A stretch of DNA of 64,000 bases from Felis catus (GCF_018350175.1 NC_058368.1:157730001-157794000), one strand, 5' to 3'. Shown: positions 37,846 through 51,635, counted from the first letter of the stretch. Translations and numbers: made by a program. Notes: generated by a model from the sequence alone, not told the origin.

Positions 37846-38594
37846 GTCTGTCCACCCTTCTAGCAGTGTGTCCTCCAGGTCATGTCTCAATTTCTGTGTC
37901 CTAGGACAGCTCTCTGCTTTGACAGGCTATTCAGGAGCCACCAAAGCAAATGACTTAAGTGTTCCATACAAATATCTTCTTTTAGAAGGGAAAGCTTCTG
38001 AGTTGTATCTTAAAATGATGGAATTTATAATTATTTTCATTTTCAAAAAGTTTGTTGAATACTTAACTGTAGATAGTTTAACTGCAGAGTAACATTGGCA
38101 CACATGGGGTTGATTTAAATAGTGTAGACAAGAAGGTAGATCATGCAAGTCCCAAACTTTTTGTCCTCCTCCATGCATTCAGATTTCTAAGAAATTAATA
38201 AACCTAATTGCAGGTTTTGTATTAGTAGTATAGACCATTGGGATTATTGAATATGATGTTCTAGATTATTCATTAGTGATCCCAAATGTAATTGGTTTAG
38301 AGTAATCCAGCATCTAAAGTATGAATTCCACATATGAAGCTGGGATGTGGGAGCAAGTCTCCTAGGAAGTGAGTGAGTATCACCACCAATTCAGTGCCCT
38401 TCCATCTCTGTTTATAGGCCTCTATGCTTGTAAAATGTTGACCATCTTTCTGCAAGAAGAAGGCCAGTTGCTACCTCCATTGATGGATGTGTATGGAAAA
38501 GTTCTAAGAGTAAAAAAGAAATGGCTTTTGTACATGTCTTAAATATTTCAGAATAAATTAAAAAACACAGAGAATAATAATTCATAGTCATATA

Positions 38595-39121
38595 TATTTG
38601 TTGTTTAAGTTGCAAAAAACAAATCCCTTTTCAGTTAAACAGAAAAGGAATTTACTAAAGAATATTGTGTAGTTCATAGATTCTCTAGAAGAGCCAAGGA
38701 ATCAGGCTTAGAGGCCATGCATTCAGGAACAGTGCCTAAAGAAGACTACTGATTGCTCCAGCTGAAGCCACACTGCCGTCATTACTCAACACAGATACCA
38801 TAACTTCCATTGCTGATTCTGGTCAGCGGATACCAGAATTTCTACCATGGTTGCACCTAAATGCTGGGTACCTATCCAACTATACTCACCAGAAGATGAA
38901 TTTTAGGTGGTTTCTGCTTATGAATTCACAGTGTTCTCTTATGAATCCAAGTTGCATGGGGATGTTTCTTGTTGGTAGTCATAGTAAAATAGGTACCTGG
39001 TGTCTAGGAAAGTGAGTTTCTGGCTTCTACTTTGTGGAAGTGTGACAAAAAAGCTTGAGATTGCTCAAGATGTTCAAAAGATTTGGGGTGGCCCCCAAAA
39101 GTGACAAAGATCTACTGCACA
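38595..39121 (-). mobile_element. MLT1 solo LTR (old subfamily)
   Basis: aagttgcaaaaaacaaatccc...gttaaacagaaaaggaatttact...ctaggaaagtgagtttctggcttctac...atctactgcaca. Confidence 0.65.
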
Positions 39122-39325
39122 AGAACTGATAAGAGTGAGATGTTAAACTGGAGGTAATGAAGCAGCTAAAATGGTAGAAATTTCATACTATATTATTTGC
39201 AGTTGTGAGATTTAACAAGGGTCTGCATGAATGTCAAATGTGTTTGGTACTATGACATAAAACCTGAACAATTTGCAAAAAGTACAAGAAAAATTGTCAC
39301 TGGAATAATGATATTGACAAGGAAT

Positions 39326-39470
39326 TTTTAAAAATATATATATTAATCTCTACATTATACACACACACACACACACACACATATATTATGTCTACACCAA
39401 GGTGGGGCTCCAACTCACAACCTGAGATCAAGAGTCTCATGCTCTTCTGACTGAGCCACCCAGGCACCCC
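39326..39470 (-). mobile_element. Short old CanSINE with (CA)n
   Basis: tctacaccaaggtggggctccaactcacaacctgagatcaagagtctcatgctcttctgactgagccacccaggcacccc. Confidence 0.85.
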
Positions 39471-40549
39471 TCCCGAGATTGCTTTTTAAATTGCTTTATT
39501 AATATCATATTATGAAAAGAATAGTTTTTCCCAAAACTGGGTGAAATTGCCCTATGGACAGTAAGTTTTACACTGAGACAAAACAATAATTACAAACTCT
39601 TAAGTGGAAACACCAAAAGGCTTACAGAAAAAGTAAATCACAAAACTACAAGCTTATAGAACATAGGCCACGTTATTAACCTCAGGGAAACCTTAGCATT
39701 CAAGGTATAAGGCAAAAGTCATAATAATTATCAGGTTCAGGAGTTTGGAAGTGCCTCCTGTGCTGCTCCTTACTCTTTCTTCTGATTTACATCATCTGTC
39801 CTAGGAACTTTCCCACAACATCTCCCACTTCATTGTGATCAATATGCTTATTAGGTATGGCTCATCAAAAATTAGGGACAAGTCATGTCACTCACTCCAG
39901 GTTGACATTTCCTCCACCGTTCTGGCCTTCACTCCCTCCCAAACTGCATAATTCCTCTCTGTCCTGCATGGGGCTCTCTTTTTCTCCTTCATTTTCCTGT
40001 TAGGCATTTTCCATGTTGACATTTTTCACCCCTTGTTTCTCTTTGGACACCATTGCTCCTGGGCCTATCTTTGCAGTCTTCTCCTTCTCCTAGTTCTAAC
40101 CACCGTTGCCGTGCTAAGACACTTAGATGCCCACACCTGGTTCCCTTCTGCCTCCTACTTTTTGGGCCCACCGCTGGCCCGCACACCCTCAGGGACACCC
40201 AGAGAAGGTACTGAGAAGGGAGCAATGGAGCAAGCAATGGCTAGGTCTGGACAAGGAATTTTAATTAAATTGCAGAAGTTTAACATTTGGCGTAAAATAG
40301 ATAATATAGTAACCCAATTGGAATACCCTCAAGTACTAATACCAGAAATTCTGAAAATGTGTCTAGAAGAGATAGATATTATGACAGCATTTAGAGGATA
40401 TTGGTAACTATTTGGTACATGGGATAGTAATTTACATTGTATGGAAGTTTTACAATATGAAAAAGGCTTTATGTAAGTTGCTGTTTTGAAGACGAAAAAT
40501 CTATTAGGTATTTGAGTTTCTATTTTCATTGTTATAGTTTAGGAATTTA

Positions 40550-40774
40550 TTTTTATTTTTATGTTTTTAATGTTTATTTATTTTTGAGAGAGACAGAGAC
40601 AGAATGTGAGTGGGTTAGGGCCAGCGAGAGAGAGACACACACACAGAATCCAAAGCAGGTTCCAGGCTCTGAGCTGTCAGCACAGAGCCTGATGTGGGGC
40701 TTGAACTCACAAGCTGTGAGATCATGACCTGAGCTGAAGTCAGATGCTCAACTGACTGAGCCACCCAGGTGCCC
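40550..40774 (-). mobile_element. Feliform CanSINE
   Basis: SINE body; TSD tatagtttaggaattta. Confidence 0.95.
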
Positions 40775-40811
40775 CTATAGTTTAGGAATTTAAACTGAAG
40801 AGGTCAACAGG

Positions 40812-40848
40812 TTTTTTTTTTTTAAGTTTTCTTTAAGTTTATTTATTT

Positions 40849-40879
<31 letters not shown>

Positions 40880-41059
40880 CACATGCCTACAAGCAGGGGA
40901 AGCACAGAGAGAGAAGGAGAGAGAAAGAACCCCAAGCAGGCTCCACACTGTCAGCACAGAGCCCAGTGTGGGCTCAAACTCACAAATCAAACGGTGGGAC
41001 CATGACCAGAACCGAAATCAAGAGCCAGATGCTTAACCCACTAAGAAACCCAGACACCC
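40812..41059 (-). mobile_element. CanSINE
   Basis: SINE body with long GA tract; flanked by agaggtcaac on both sides. Confidence 0.93.
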
Positions 41060-42037
41060 TGAGAGGTCAACTTTTTAAAGTCACGTGCCTACTAACTGAT
41101 TCATCTTGAACTCAAGTTTCATGAAGGTAGCCACTTCAGAGACTCTGGATAAAGGGCACGCTATCAAGCATAATAGCACAGAGGACATTATGCAGAGAGA
41201 TATTGAGATTCCTGAGAGTCTCTTTGGGCTGCCCAAACTTAGCAATTTCTTCTGGTCTGATTATTTGGTTCTGTTTCAATAAAGGAAGTCTGGTTCTGAT
41301 TCTTCCTGGACCATACACTAGCAGGTCAGGTTACTGCTATGAAGTTTATCCTCTAATTTGCACAGTTTATTAACTAACCAATCCACAGACATTTGTTGCA
41401 TAGCTGTGAACAAGATCTTATACCAATTGTTTGCAATTATTCTTTCCCCTCTCCATGCACTTGAGATCACTCTTGCTCTTCCTTATGAGGGGATGGAAAA
41501 GCAAGTCACAATCATCTCTCTGTATGGCAAGTCTACCTCTAGTTGAATTATAAAAGTTTAATGTTTAGACACAGGTTATAATTTAGTTTGATGCGTTTTC
41601 CTCCCTAGTTAGAGTTGGTCATTTAAAATTAGGACCCTTTTTTTTGGTCTAATTTGTTTAAAAATTTTTAGAGGTAATACAATTTCTCTCTTCTGGCTCA
41701 TGATTTGTAATCTTGTTAATCTTCTCTTTCTAATCAATCAAAATGAGTAAAAGCTGTAATTACATGGTTTTACTGTAGAATTAATTGGATCTGACCATTA
41801 ATACTCCTTATAATTGGTTTCCCAAATGGGGTGTGTGGTATTCTAACATCTCACCCAAGTATGCAGTTAAATATTTTCAACCTTGTATAAATTCAAAAAC
41901 TTTCCTCCTCAATTAATCCTTTTCTATTCATTTCAGATTCATCTAGGCTAACTGATATTAATAGTTTCCTATCAAGTCAATAGGAAGATAACACATTTTT
42001 TTGCCTTTAAAAAATGCTATTAAATTTTAACTTCAGC

Positions 42038-42890
42038 TTTATTTTTAAAAATTAATTAATTTATTTTTTAATTTACATCCAACTTAGTTAGCATACAGTG
42101 CAACAATGATTTCAGGAGTAGATTCCAGTGATTCATCCCCTATGTATAACACCCTGTCCTCGTCCCAACAAGTGTCTTCCTTAATGCACCTTACCCATTT
42201 AGCCCATCCCCCCCCCATAACCCCTCCAGCACCCTTCTGTTTGTTCTCTATATTTAAGTGTCTTTTATGTTTTGTTTCCCTCCTTGTTTTTATATTATTT
42301 TTCTTCCTTTCCCTTATGTTCATCTGTTTTTTATCTTAAATTTCTCATATGAGTGAAGTCATATGATATTTGTCTTTCTCTGACTGACCCATTTCACTTA
42401 GCATAATACCCTCCAGTTCCATCCATGTAGTTGCAAATGGCAAGATTTCATTCTTTTTTGATTGCCGAGTAATACTCCATTGTATATATACCACATCTTC
42501 TTTATCCATTCATCTGGTGATGGACATTTGGGCTCTTTCCATACTTTAGCTATTGTTGATAGTGCTGCTATAAACATGGGGGTGCATGTGTCCCTTCGAG
42601 ACAGCACACCTGTATCCCTTGGATAAATGCCTAGTAGTACAATTGCTGGGTCATAGGGTAGTTCTATTTTCAGTTTTTTGAGGAACCCTCATACTGTTTT
42701 CCAGAGGGGCTGCACCAGCTTGCATTGTCACCAACGATGCAAAAGAAATCCTCTTTTTCCGCATCCTCGCCAACATCTGTTGTTGCCTGTGTTGTTAATG
42801 TTACCATTCTGACAGGTGTAAGGTGGTATCTCATTGTGGTTTTGATTTGTGTTTCCCTGATGATGAGTAATGTGGAGCATTTTTTCATGT
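42038..42890 (-). mobile_element. Relatively young 5'-truncated feliform L1 (3' UTR plus ORF2 C-terminus)
   Basis: Minus ORFs DTCTPMFIAALSTIAKVWKEPKCPSPDEWIKKMWYIY and [29 protein letters not shown] match the L1 ORF2 C-terminal region. Confidence 0.95.
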
Positions 42891-43254
42891 GAGGAGACAA
42901 CACATTTTGACTGGATTTTTAATTTATGCAAGAAACCATTTAGCTTCAGATATATCTTTTCATGTATCAAACCAAAAGAAAACCAATGAAAGCTTTTCAA
43001 ATTTATGAAACAAGACTTTCAGTACATTTATTATTAGTACTCTAATGATAATCCTCAGAAAATGGAGTATAAACTAATTATAAAATAACACACTTGAGTT
43101 AATGAAGTCACTACAATACACAATAGTAGTTTTCCATTGGTTAGGATTCTTTAGTTGATAAGAACCTACTGGTACATGTGAATTTTTGGTGAAGTGCAAG
43201 CAACCAGTGCCAGTGAAACCATCCTACTAGCCAAGATGATAATTGTTCTTTGTT

Positions 43255-43580
43255 GTACATTCATTTAAAAAAATTTTATTGACCATCTGCTAGAATGTCA
43301 AACACTCATGTAAGTTCTGCGAATGAAAAGTACTGAAAAAGACATACAAGGTCCCTGTGTTCATGAAGACTATTATTGAGAAGGGCAGAACTAAAAACCT
43401 AGTAAACACAGAAATGATTAAGATAATATCAAAGACATAGACTTGTAATGAAGGTGGTAAGCATAGCAATGGGATAAAAAGTGGCCGGGGTAGATCTACA
43501 TGGGATTGTTGGCTATGTCCCTTCTGAGGCAGTGACATTTTGCTAAGACTTGGATAACAAAAGGCAACTATGGAACAATC
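43255..43580 (-). mobile_element. L2 fragment
   Basis: cattcattt...tttattgaccatctgc...aagacatacaaggtccctgtgttcatgaag...cttctgaggcagtgacattttgctaagac. Confidence 0.65.
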
Positions 43581-43839
43581 TGTTAGCTTTCACACAGATG
43601 CTGCTTATTTATGTTTTAATGGTTAGAGTGATGCTTCTACTCAATAGTTTTAGAAATGCGATAGTTTTCTCACACTGTTGACTTTATTACAGTACATCCT
43701 GATTATTCTTTTAAAATATTTTTATGCCATTTCTAAGGCTTCAGTGCTAATTTCCTTATGAGTTCCTTTGAAACTTAAATACTGATGGATAATTTCACAA
43801 ATACCAGTATGCCTCTAGTTATGTCACTGCCTTACAGCA

Positions 43840-44378
43840 ATGACAGTCCAAATGGGTAAGTGCTGCAATGGAAAACACAGGATACTAGAGCCTGTCTAGC
43901 TCTGTTTTGGAGACCAGGTTAAGATTTTCTGAAATAAGAGACTTCTAAATTGGATCTTGAAGAACAAAGAGAAGTGTCCCAGAGAAAGGAGCAGGGGAGC
44001 AGGAGAGAAAAGTCTTCGACATGGAGGAACGTGTGCACAGGCCCCCAGGGAGAGAGAACATGGTACATTTAAGAAACCACATATAATCTGCATTTGGCCG
44101 AATTATATAGCACACAAGCACAATTATAAAATGAGAGAGAGAGGATGCTAGCAGAATGAGCAGAAGTCAATAACAGAGGGTCTAGTAAGACTTGTTAAAG
44201 AGGTAGGACTTTAGAGCTGAAGAGAAAGAAAATATTCATTCATTCAACACATTTTTATTAAATACCTCCTATGCGCCATGCACTATTCTAGGCACTGGGA
44301 ATACGTCAGTGAACAGACAGAAATCCCTGCCTTCATTCTGTCTATATTCTAGAGGCAAGGGAAAGTAGATAATAAACA
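43840..44378 (-). mobile_element. L2 fragments
   Basis: aagtgctgcaatggaa...ggaggaacgtgtgcacaggcccc...; 44235 ttcattcattcaacacatttttattaaatacctcctatgcgccatgcactattctaggcactgg. Confidence 0.75.
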
Positions 44379-44409
44379 TCAATTCTTTTTTATTTTTGGC
44401 TACCCTCAT

Positions 44410-44417
44410 TTCTTTTT

Positions 44418-44469
<52 letters not shown>

Positions 44470-44901
44470 GAGTATAGTTGACACACAATGTCATATTAGT
44501 TTCAGGTGTACAACAGTGATTGACAAATTTATAGACTATGCTATGCTCACCACAAGTGTAGCTATCATCTGTCACCATAGAACATTATTACAATATCATC
44601 AGCAGTATTCTTTATGCTGTGCCTTTTGTTCCCATGACTTAATTCATCCATAACTGGAAGCCTGTGTCTCCCGCTCCCCTTCACCCATTTTGCCCAGCCT
44701 CCCCTCCCCACTGGCAGCCATCAGTTTGTTCTCTGTATTTTCACACCTTATTCTGCTTTTTTTTTGTTCATTTTTTTTAAGATTCCACACATAAATGAAA
44801 TCATATGGTATTTGTCTTCTTCAGTCTGAATTATTTACATAATACCCTCTAGGTCCATCCATGTTGTCGCATGTGGCACGATCTCATCCTTTTTTATGGC
44901 T
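44410..44901 (-). mobile_element. 5'-truncated carnivore L1 3' end with (GAAA)n tail
   Basis: (tttc)n then ttgagtatagttgacacacaatg...atctcatccttttttatggc; paralogous to 1981-2455. Confidence 0.92.
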
Positions 44902-45788
44902 AATCAAGTAAAATGCTAAGATTTTGAGGATTTTTGAGCTGGATATAATATGGAAGAAATCTTTCAACTGGGAACACTTGAGAGATTATAGGTTAATACC
45001 AAAAAATATATATGTCAGTGACAGTGGCACTTGAGATTTTGGCATACCCTTCACTTTTCTGAGTGAAATTAAACTACCATTTCTCACACACAAGGACTAT
45101 ATTTTCCTTCCTCCTATACCCTTTCTGGTCAGGATTGCTCCATAACCCTGAATCCCATGAATTCTCAATAGTAAGTATTCTTTAAATAGAAAGAGACTAG
45201 TACGTAGATTGGTAGCAAGAGGGATATGAATATCTTAAAGCTCTTTGGAAGTCAGTGAAGTTTTATTGTTTCACAGAGATTTGTTAATATTATGCCTGTA
45301 AGCTAGGGCTGCAGCATCCAAACTTCTCTGCCACAGAACTTTGTGGAAATTGTGCTTAATTTGGAAGAATATGCTATTGCAATACCAAGCAGTTCAAGGG
45401 ATCTTTTCATGTCTCATCATATTTACCCTATAGTTAGTAAGAGTTGATCATATATCATATAGTAACTAAGAGTTGATTCTAATAAATTAAGTTTTATGAT
45501 TAAACAAAGTTCTCATTTTTATTATTGTGGAGACAGTGGAATGACATTTAGTTAAAAAAACAAACAAACTACTCTACTGTTTACCAACTGGGTAGATTCC
45601 ACTGAAGCACCAACAGATTGCTCTAAAGATAGTTCCACATTGCCATCAACTTCCTGTTTTGGAGAGAAGAAAGGAATCACATTTTAAGCCTCTGTCTCTT
45701 TAAAACAAAATGCGAGGTGGTGAACTACGTGGCACTTTTGATTATATGTTGAAACTGCACTAAGTCCCTGAAATCCAAAAGAATATTG
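44470..45788 (-). repeat. Inverted local duplication, copy B (probable donor; partner 870-2447)
   Basis: Reverse complement aligns collinearly to 870-2447 apart from the SINE at 1110-1325. Confidence 0.95.
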
Positions 45789-47149
45789 CACTCTGGTCCT
45801 TTGTGCAGAATACTCACATGAGTGCTCACAGGAACCAATCCAGAAGCAAATTGCTGCTGATAGTAACTGACAGCATGAATTACTGCACTCTCAGAGACTC
45901 TGCCAGCATCAACCCGTATGATCTCACTTTTGCTCATATGGCAAGCAGAATTTGTGCATGTGCTAGAACCAACCTCCCAAGTTCAGGGAACAGCAAGGTT
46001 TCTCAGCAGTTGTTTGAAAATAGCCAGCACCTTTGAAATGAATCACTGTAGTATCTCATCATCTCACCCTTATAAAATGAGAGAGGATTTTTCTTTGCTG
46101 AGTTTCTGACCCTAATCATGTAGAGTCCCTTAGAAGAAGGAGAAACTGACTCATCTGTTTATTCGTCCTATGAAAACCAGACAAGTCAATGAATGCAGAG
46201 GACAGCATCAATTTCTCTTCGACAAACCGACCTGCCTCTGATCTGCCACTCCCTCTGGTCCATTTGGAGACATTCTGCTGTATGTTGGTTCATAACAATC
46301 TTTAGAAATCCTCCTCTACTTTGGAATAAATAAGGACATTGAAAGAAAGAACTATACACTTTATTAAAAATGGCCAATTAAAGTATGTATGATAGAAAAT
46401 GCTCTATATTTGTGCATACCAACACAACCAAGATCACTGAACTATCATTCAAATATAAGAAGAAATCATGCCAAACGTACATGTCTGGAAAGAAAAGCAG
46501 GAACTGAAAACATTCTCCCAAAGGATGAAATCATAGACCCAATTTTCACAACCCAAGATCATTCTCGAGAGTACTTCTCTTATTTCAGTCTATTACAAAA
46601 CTCACCTAAATAGTACCAAAATTATAGGGAGAAAAAAAAAAACTTATGGTTTATTGCCCTTGCCATCATTAGCAATATAATCTACTGTTTCTGGGAAAAC
46701 AGACTTTCTGAGGTCTTGAACTCTGTTCTTGGCAGGTAAGAAGCCTTCCAGGTCATCTTTAAAGGCATATTTATTTTTAATGCTTAAGTCTACACATGTT
46801 TTCTGTTAATAAGTTGGAATCTTAAACAAGATTGTTATTCACTCTATTTATTTACCTTAGAAAGTACCCAATTCTTCTGAAACAATGGTCCCTTTGAAAA
46901 TGGGTGGGAAATAGAATTTAAAATTGAATTAAAATAGAGGGAAAATAGCCTTTCTTTCTTCATTGCATGTTTTTGCTGTCTCTAGAAGGGGTGATGAGCT
47001 TCCGCCCTTACATGATATTTGTTCTGAGTTGGAATTGTCTCATGAGAGACAGGGAAAATGGGAGAGCCTTTTTTGTAATGGGAAGCATGGGCTCACCGAA
47101 GGCACCCTAAAGGGATGGTTTGTTTAGATTGGACCGTCCTTCCTGTCTC

Positions 47150-48200
47150 GGGAAAGTTAGAGGTTGAAGATAGGCAATCCCAGCATGGTAACAAGAGGTA
47201 ATACAACAGGTAGTGGACACACAGAGGAATGAGCACTTGCCTCTCAACGTGGATGTTCCACAGGCCTCTCCTGTTCAACATATTCAAAACCGAGCCAATC
47301 ACCTCTTGTCCCTCCTCCTGAATTACTGATCTCAGTGAAAGTCCCAGTGTCCACCCCAGCAAGAAGGCAGAGAAACCTGGGGTTCCCTCTTGACTACCTC
47401 CCATGCCTTGTTCACCACACCCAATCTATCACCAAGGTATTTCACTTCTGTTACTTTTCTCAAATTGTAAAATTCTCTTTCATGTTCTTCATTCCCATGC
47501 TAAGTACACACATTATCTCCTTTACAAATAAGTCTCTTGACTGCTCCAGCCTTGTTCTTTCTGATATGATCTCTACAGTTTCTTTTTTTATTAAAAAAAA
47601 TTTTTTTAGAGAGAGAGAGTGCGAGTGAGTGAGGGGCAGAGAGAGGGGAAGAGAGAAGAAGAGAGAGAGAAGCAGGGCTTGAGCTCACCCAAAGTGGGGC
47701 TTGAATTTACAAACTGTGAGATCATAACCTGAGCCAAAGTCTGATGCTTAACCAACTGAATGAGCCACCCAGGCACCCTCTATAGTTTCTGATAGATTTA
47801 TCTGATCATCTCATTCTTCTGCTTAAAAGGATCCCTATTGCAATAAAGGAAAAAACAACAACAACAACAACAACAACAACTCTGAACTCCCTTGAATGGC
47901 ATATTAACTCAGTCAGCATTCTTTCTCCCCACTCTTGCCTAACAGAAATACAGTTTCTGTTTTGAATGACCTCCCCTCCTCCTTTCTTCTGTTAAGTGAT
48001 TTCTACATCTCTTTCAAATTTTGATTCAGCTGTTACCTCATCCAGGAAAACTTCCCTGACCCTCTTCCTGCCCCTATCACAAAATGTTCCCTGAAGTACC
48101 CCTTTTGACCCTGTCATGCATGCATCTTAAGGGCAAGTGTGGTGTTTTCATTTTGCCAACTTAGCATCTAGTTTGGTGCCTGGCAAGTGAATGAATGTAG
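47150..48200 (+). mobile_element. L2 fragments split by a SINE
   Basis: ggatgttccacaggcctctcctgttcaacatattcaaaaccgagc...; tgttacctcatccaggaaaacttccctgacc...gtgcctggcaagtgaatgaatg. Confidence 0.75.
47581..47778 (-). mobile_element. CanSINE
   Basis: SINE body; TSD tcta(c/t)agtttct. Confidence 0.92.
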
Positions 48201-48402
48201 GGGTTATCAGAGAAAGTCACACAGAGAAGGTAGAGTTGAACTGAATCACTCTTGGGAGAGAAGTAAGATGAAGTAGAGAATGATATTTGAGGGAGAAGGA
48301 ATAACATGTCCAAGAGCAGGAGAGAGCTTGCCATGTTTAAAGAACAGTAGGTGGTTTCGAGATGCTGGAATATAAAAGTGAGATAAAGAATTCTGTGGCA
48401 TC

Positions 48403-48631
48403 TGGGGCGCCTGGGTGGCTCAGTCAGTTAAGCGTCTGACTTCAGCTCAGGTCATGATCTCTCGATTCGTGGGTTTGAGCCCCGCGTCAGGCTCTGCACT
48501 GACAGCTCAGAGCCAGGAGCCTGTTTCAGATTCTGTGTCTCACTCTCTCTGCCTCTCCCCTGCTTGCACTCTGTCTCTCTGTCTCTCTCTCGAAAATAAG
48601 TAAACATTAAAAACATAAAAAAAAAAAAAAA
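48403..48631 (+). mobile_element. Felid CanSINE
   Basis: SINE body; TSD aaagaattctgtggcat. Confidence 0.96.
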
Positions 48632-48888
48632 GAATTCTGTGGCATGAACCGTGTTCAGAGTTATAACACATTTGGTATAATCTGTGACCAGCTTATCCCA
48701 AAGTTTGAAAAGGCCTCTTCTTGCTTTTCTTGAGGCTCTAGGTATAGTTTAGAATGAGGAAGTGTTTAAACAGGATTATGCAAAGTAACATTCTCATATA
48801 CTTACATTTAACAGATTATCCCTTTGATACAGAAAACAATACAGTTTAAATTTTTTTGTTATTTATTAGCAATTATAGGATACAAATA

Positions 48889-48891
<3 letters not shown>

Positions 48892-48927
<36 letters not shown>
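48892..48927. repeat. (TA)n microsatellite
   Basis: Direct reading. Confidence 0.95.
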
Positions 48928-48930
<3 letters not shown>

Positions 48931-50829
48931 TGAATATTTGTTTGTAGGAGACTGTATGTAAGAGGTACAATCAGGCAATGGGCCGTGAATCTAAAGTAGT
49001 GAGATAAATGTCTTCTGTTAATATTGTGGCCCATCTCTGACACTATGTAGAGCGTCTTTGGGTGGTAATATCAAAGGTCCAACTTCGAAAATATGAGCCA
49101 GGAGCCAGTGTCTCTTCACAACTCTCAGCCTCTTATTTCTTTATCTGCCCTGCGTGTGGAAGACTTTATTGGGAAAGTCATGCTGCAAGCATTTACTCCA
49201 GGGAGGCTTTTCTGCTTATGTCCATTTTTACTTCTTTTTGACTGCTTAGAAAGTGAAAAAAAGAAAAAAAGTTAAAATGAGAAAAGGGAAAATTTGAAAA
49301 ATGAGAATAGAAAAGGAAGGACACATTAAAGAAAATGTTTACAAAAAAATTGCTGAGGTAAAGAATGTTTGAGATAAAAACAAAATAAAGCATTTTCACA
49401 TTTCAGGTAAAATAGATCACTAGCTCAATGGAAACATTTAATTACTGTAGTTGAAGAAAATTTTCAAAGTGTAATTTCTTCATGCGAACAGTGGATGCAG
49501 GAACAAGTAAATCCAGCTCGGATCAACCTACTGAGCAAACAGATCCCCCTGACCTTGCTGGAAAGTTCAGCAATCCATCCTGTAGCCTACTGGAAAAGTA
49601 CCAAACTGCTAAAGTACAAAAGAGCCAAACTGCTAAACAAATCATCAGTTTATTCAAGATAATTGTTCTATATGCTAATGTATGTCTATATACGAAGTTG
49701 TTACTAAATATCCTGCTTTTCTTTTTCTTTTTCTTATACCCTTATTGTAGATGTTTTCTCTTCTTGCCATCAGAGAAGTAGGAATGGGTGTCTTACAATA
49801 TTCACAACAGGAAATATATTCACATTTATAAAATGGGCAAGTTGTTATTTCTCCATTCCCTGAAAAAAATCTCTTAAAAATCTTTATTTGGGCTGAAATT
49901 TTCCAGATTACTTTTAGTCCTTGATTCAATTTCATTAGAAAAGCACGAAATTTATATATCAGGATTTTTCTCTCTCTGGAGTTAGTGCCAAGTTTTCCTT
50001 CCTTGGGTGTGGCCAAATCCTGATGAGTTTCTAGAACACGTGCATCAAGACCTGCCCTTGTCTTTTGCCTTCTTCCTGGTGTTGCTGTCACCTTCTGAGA
50101 TGGACGTGGGACATGGGGCATCAAATGGTCTTGAAGAGCCATAGTCAACCTTACAAGGAAGTTAGCAAGGCTTGTAAACCACTGTTTGCCGGTTTTCCTT
50201 ATATCCTTCCATTGCATCACTGTGATTCAGGTCTGTTTCTCAGATGGTGGTAAGTGAGGTGCAGATAGCTAGAACATCACTGGTGACTCAGTGGTAGAAG
50301 CCGGTTTATGAAGAACACGATTTCCCTAACTCTTGTCCTGTGATTTTATTTGTCTCAATGTTTGTTTTTGGTTATGTCCTCACTAGGAGAATAGGGGAAA
50401 ATATCATTTTATACCTTAAATGACTTTACATACAAATAGTTGAAAAGAAAGATCAAATGTAATATTTCATTTATAGTTACTTATGTAAATATGCAGCCAT
50501 TAAAACAGACAAGTTAGAGGCTATTTATAACATTCCTTTTTTTATTGTATAAACATACCAAAAAAGATTAGAAGTAGTCATTTCATTTGTTGTTTTTTAA
50601 ACAATTACAAAACCTCAATGACATCAGTTTTCAAAACATTTTTGTCATTTCTGTAAAATGGATGAAGAAAATAACAAGAGCTGTGTTAACTTATTTATAT
50701 GCATAACATTGCAAAACGTTTTCATTATTAAATAAATGCCTTTATGTTTAGCATCTATTCATCATTAACTCCCACAGGGAGGTTTTTAATATTCTTGATA
50801 AAACTTTTTAAGTCCTCTCTTTTCTCTTT

Positions 50830-50975
50830 AGTTTTTAATTTTTTTAAGACTATTATTATTATTATTTAATTTGAGAGAGAGAGAGAGAGAGAGATCATGG
50901 GGAGGGGCAGAGGGGTCATGACCTGAACTGAAATCAAGAGTTGGATGCTTAGCTGATGGAGCAACCGAGGCGCCC
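50830..50975 (-). mobile_element. Internally deleted CanSINE
   Basis: GA tract joined directly to gtcatgacctgaactgaaatcaagagttggatgc...aggcgccc; middle part missing. Confidence 0.85.
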
Positions 50976-51635
50976 ACTCTTCTGTCTTTCTGACATATAC
51001 TTCCATGTCTTATGCCCTGGCAAACAGCCCTGTGGATTAGAAGTTCCCTCCACAATTCCTAACGTGTCTCCTAGTTAGCCTGTTGGTGGTCTCTAGGACA
51101 CTACTGAGAAGGTTTCTGGTGATTTGAACTGGAGACTCTTGGCTAGTCAAGAAGTCCTTATTTGAGCTTAGGAGCAGGGTGTGGAAACAGGTGTGAGCTT
51201 TACCTCCACAATTCTCCCCCAGATTGGGGTAAGGAAGAGAGGAAAGCAGTAGCATTGTTCTACTTCTATACAGGCTCTGGCCTCACCTGGGATTTACTTA
51301 CAGCTGGGTCTAGAGGAAGGCCTTTAATCATGGAGTCTGCTTTGGGAAAGGATGTATTGATTTTCTATCAAGGGTAGGCAAAGTTTTGAACTCATCCAAA
51401 TAATGGTATCATATCAGATTTTTACCATAGAAGTATTGGACATAATGTGTGCTTTACAAAGGTTGGCGGAGAATTCCAATGCAATATGGTATTAATTAAT
51501 TTATTTATTCAACTACTATTTATTGAGTATATTCTATAATCCAGGTGCAATGATATGATATACTGATAGTAATGAACAAATATAATACAGTCTTTGTTCT
51601 AATATAGTCTATTTTAAAAATACAAGAGTAGCTAT

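Noticed and set aside
44235..44378. L2 end that might extend the duplication (counterpart 2935-3025)
   Set aside because: Similarity is far below that of the duplicated block; consistent with independent L2 copies.
49601..49637. 13-bp direct repeat ccaaactgctaaa
   Set aside because: Only two copies, 11 bp apart; an ordinary microduplication.
49675..50220. Longest ORF, 181 aa on the minus strand
   Set aside because: No recognisable domain or exon structure; length is compatible with chance in 64 kb.
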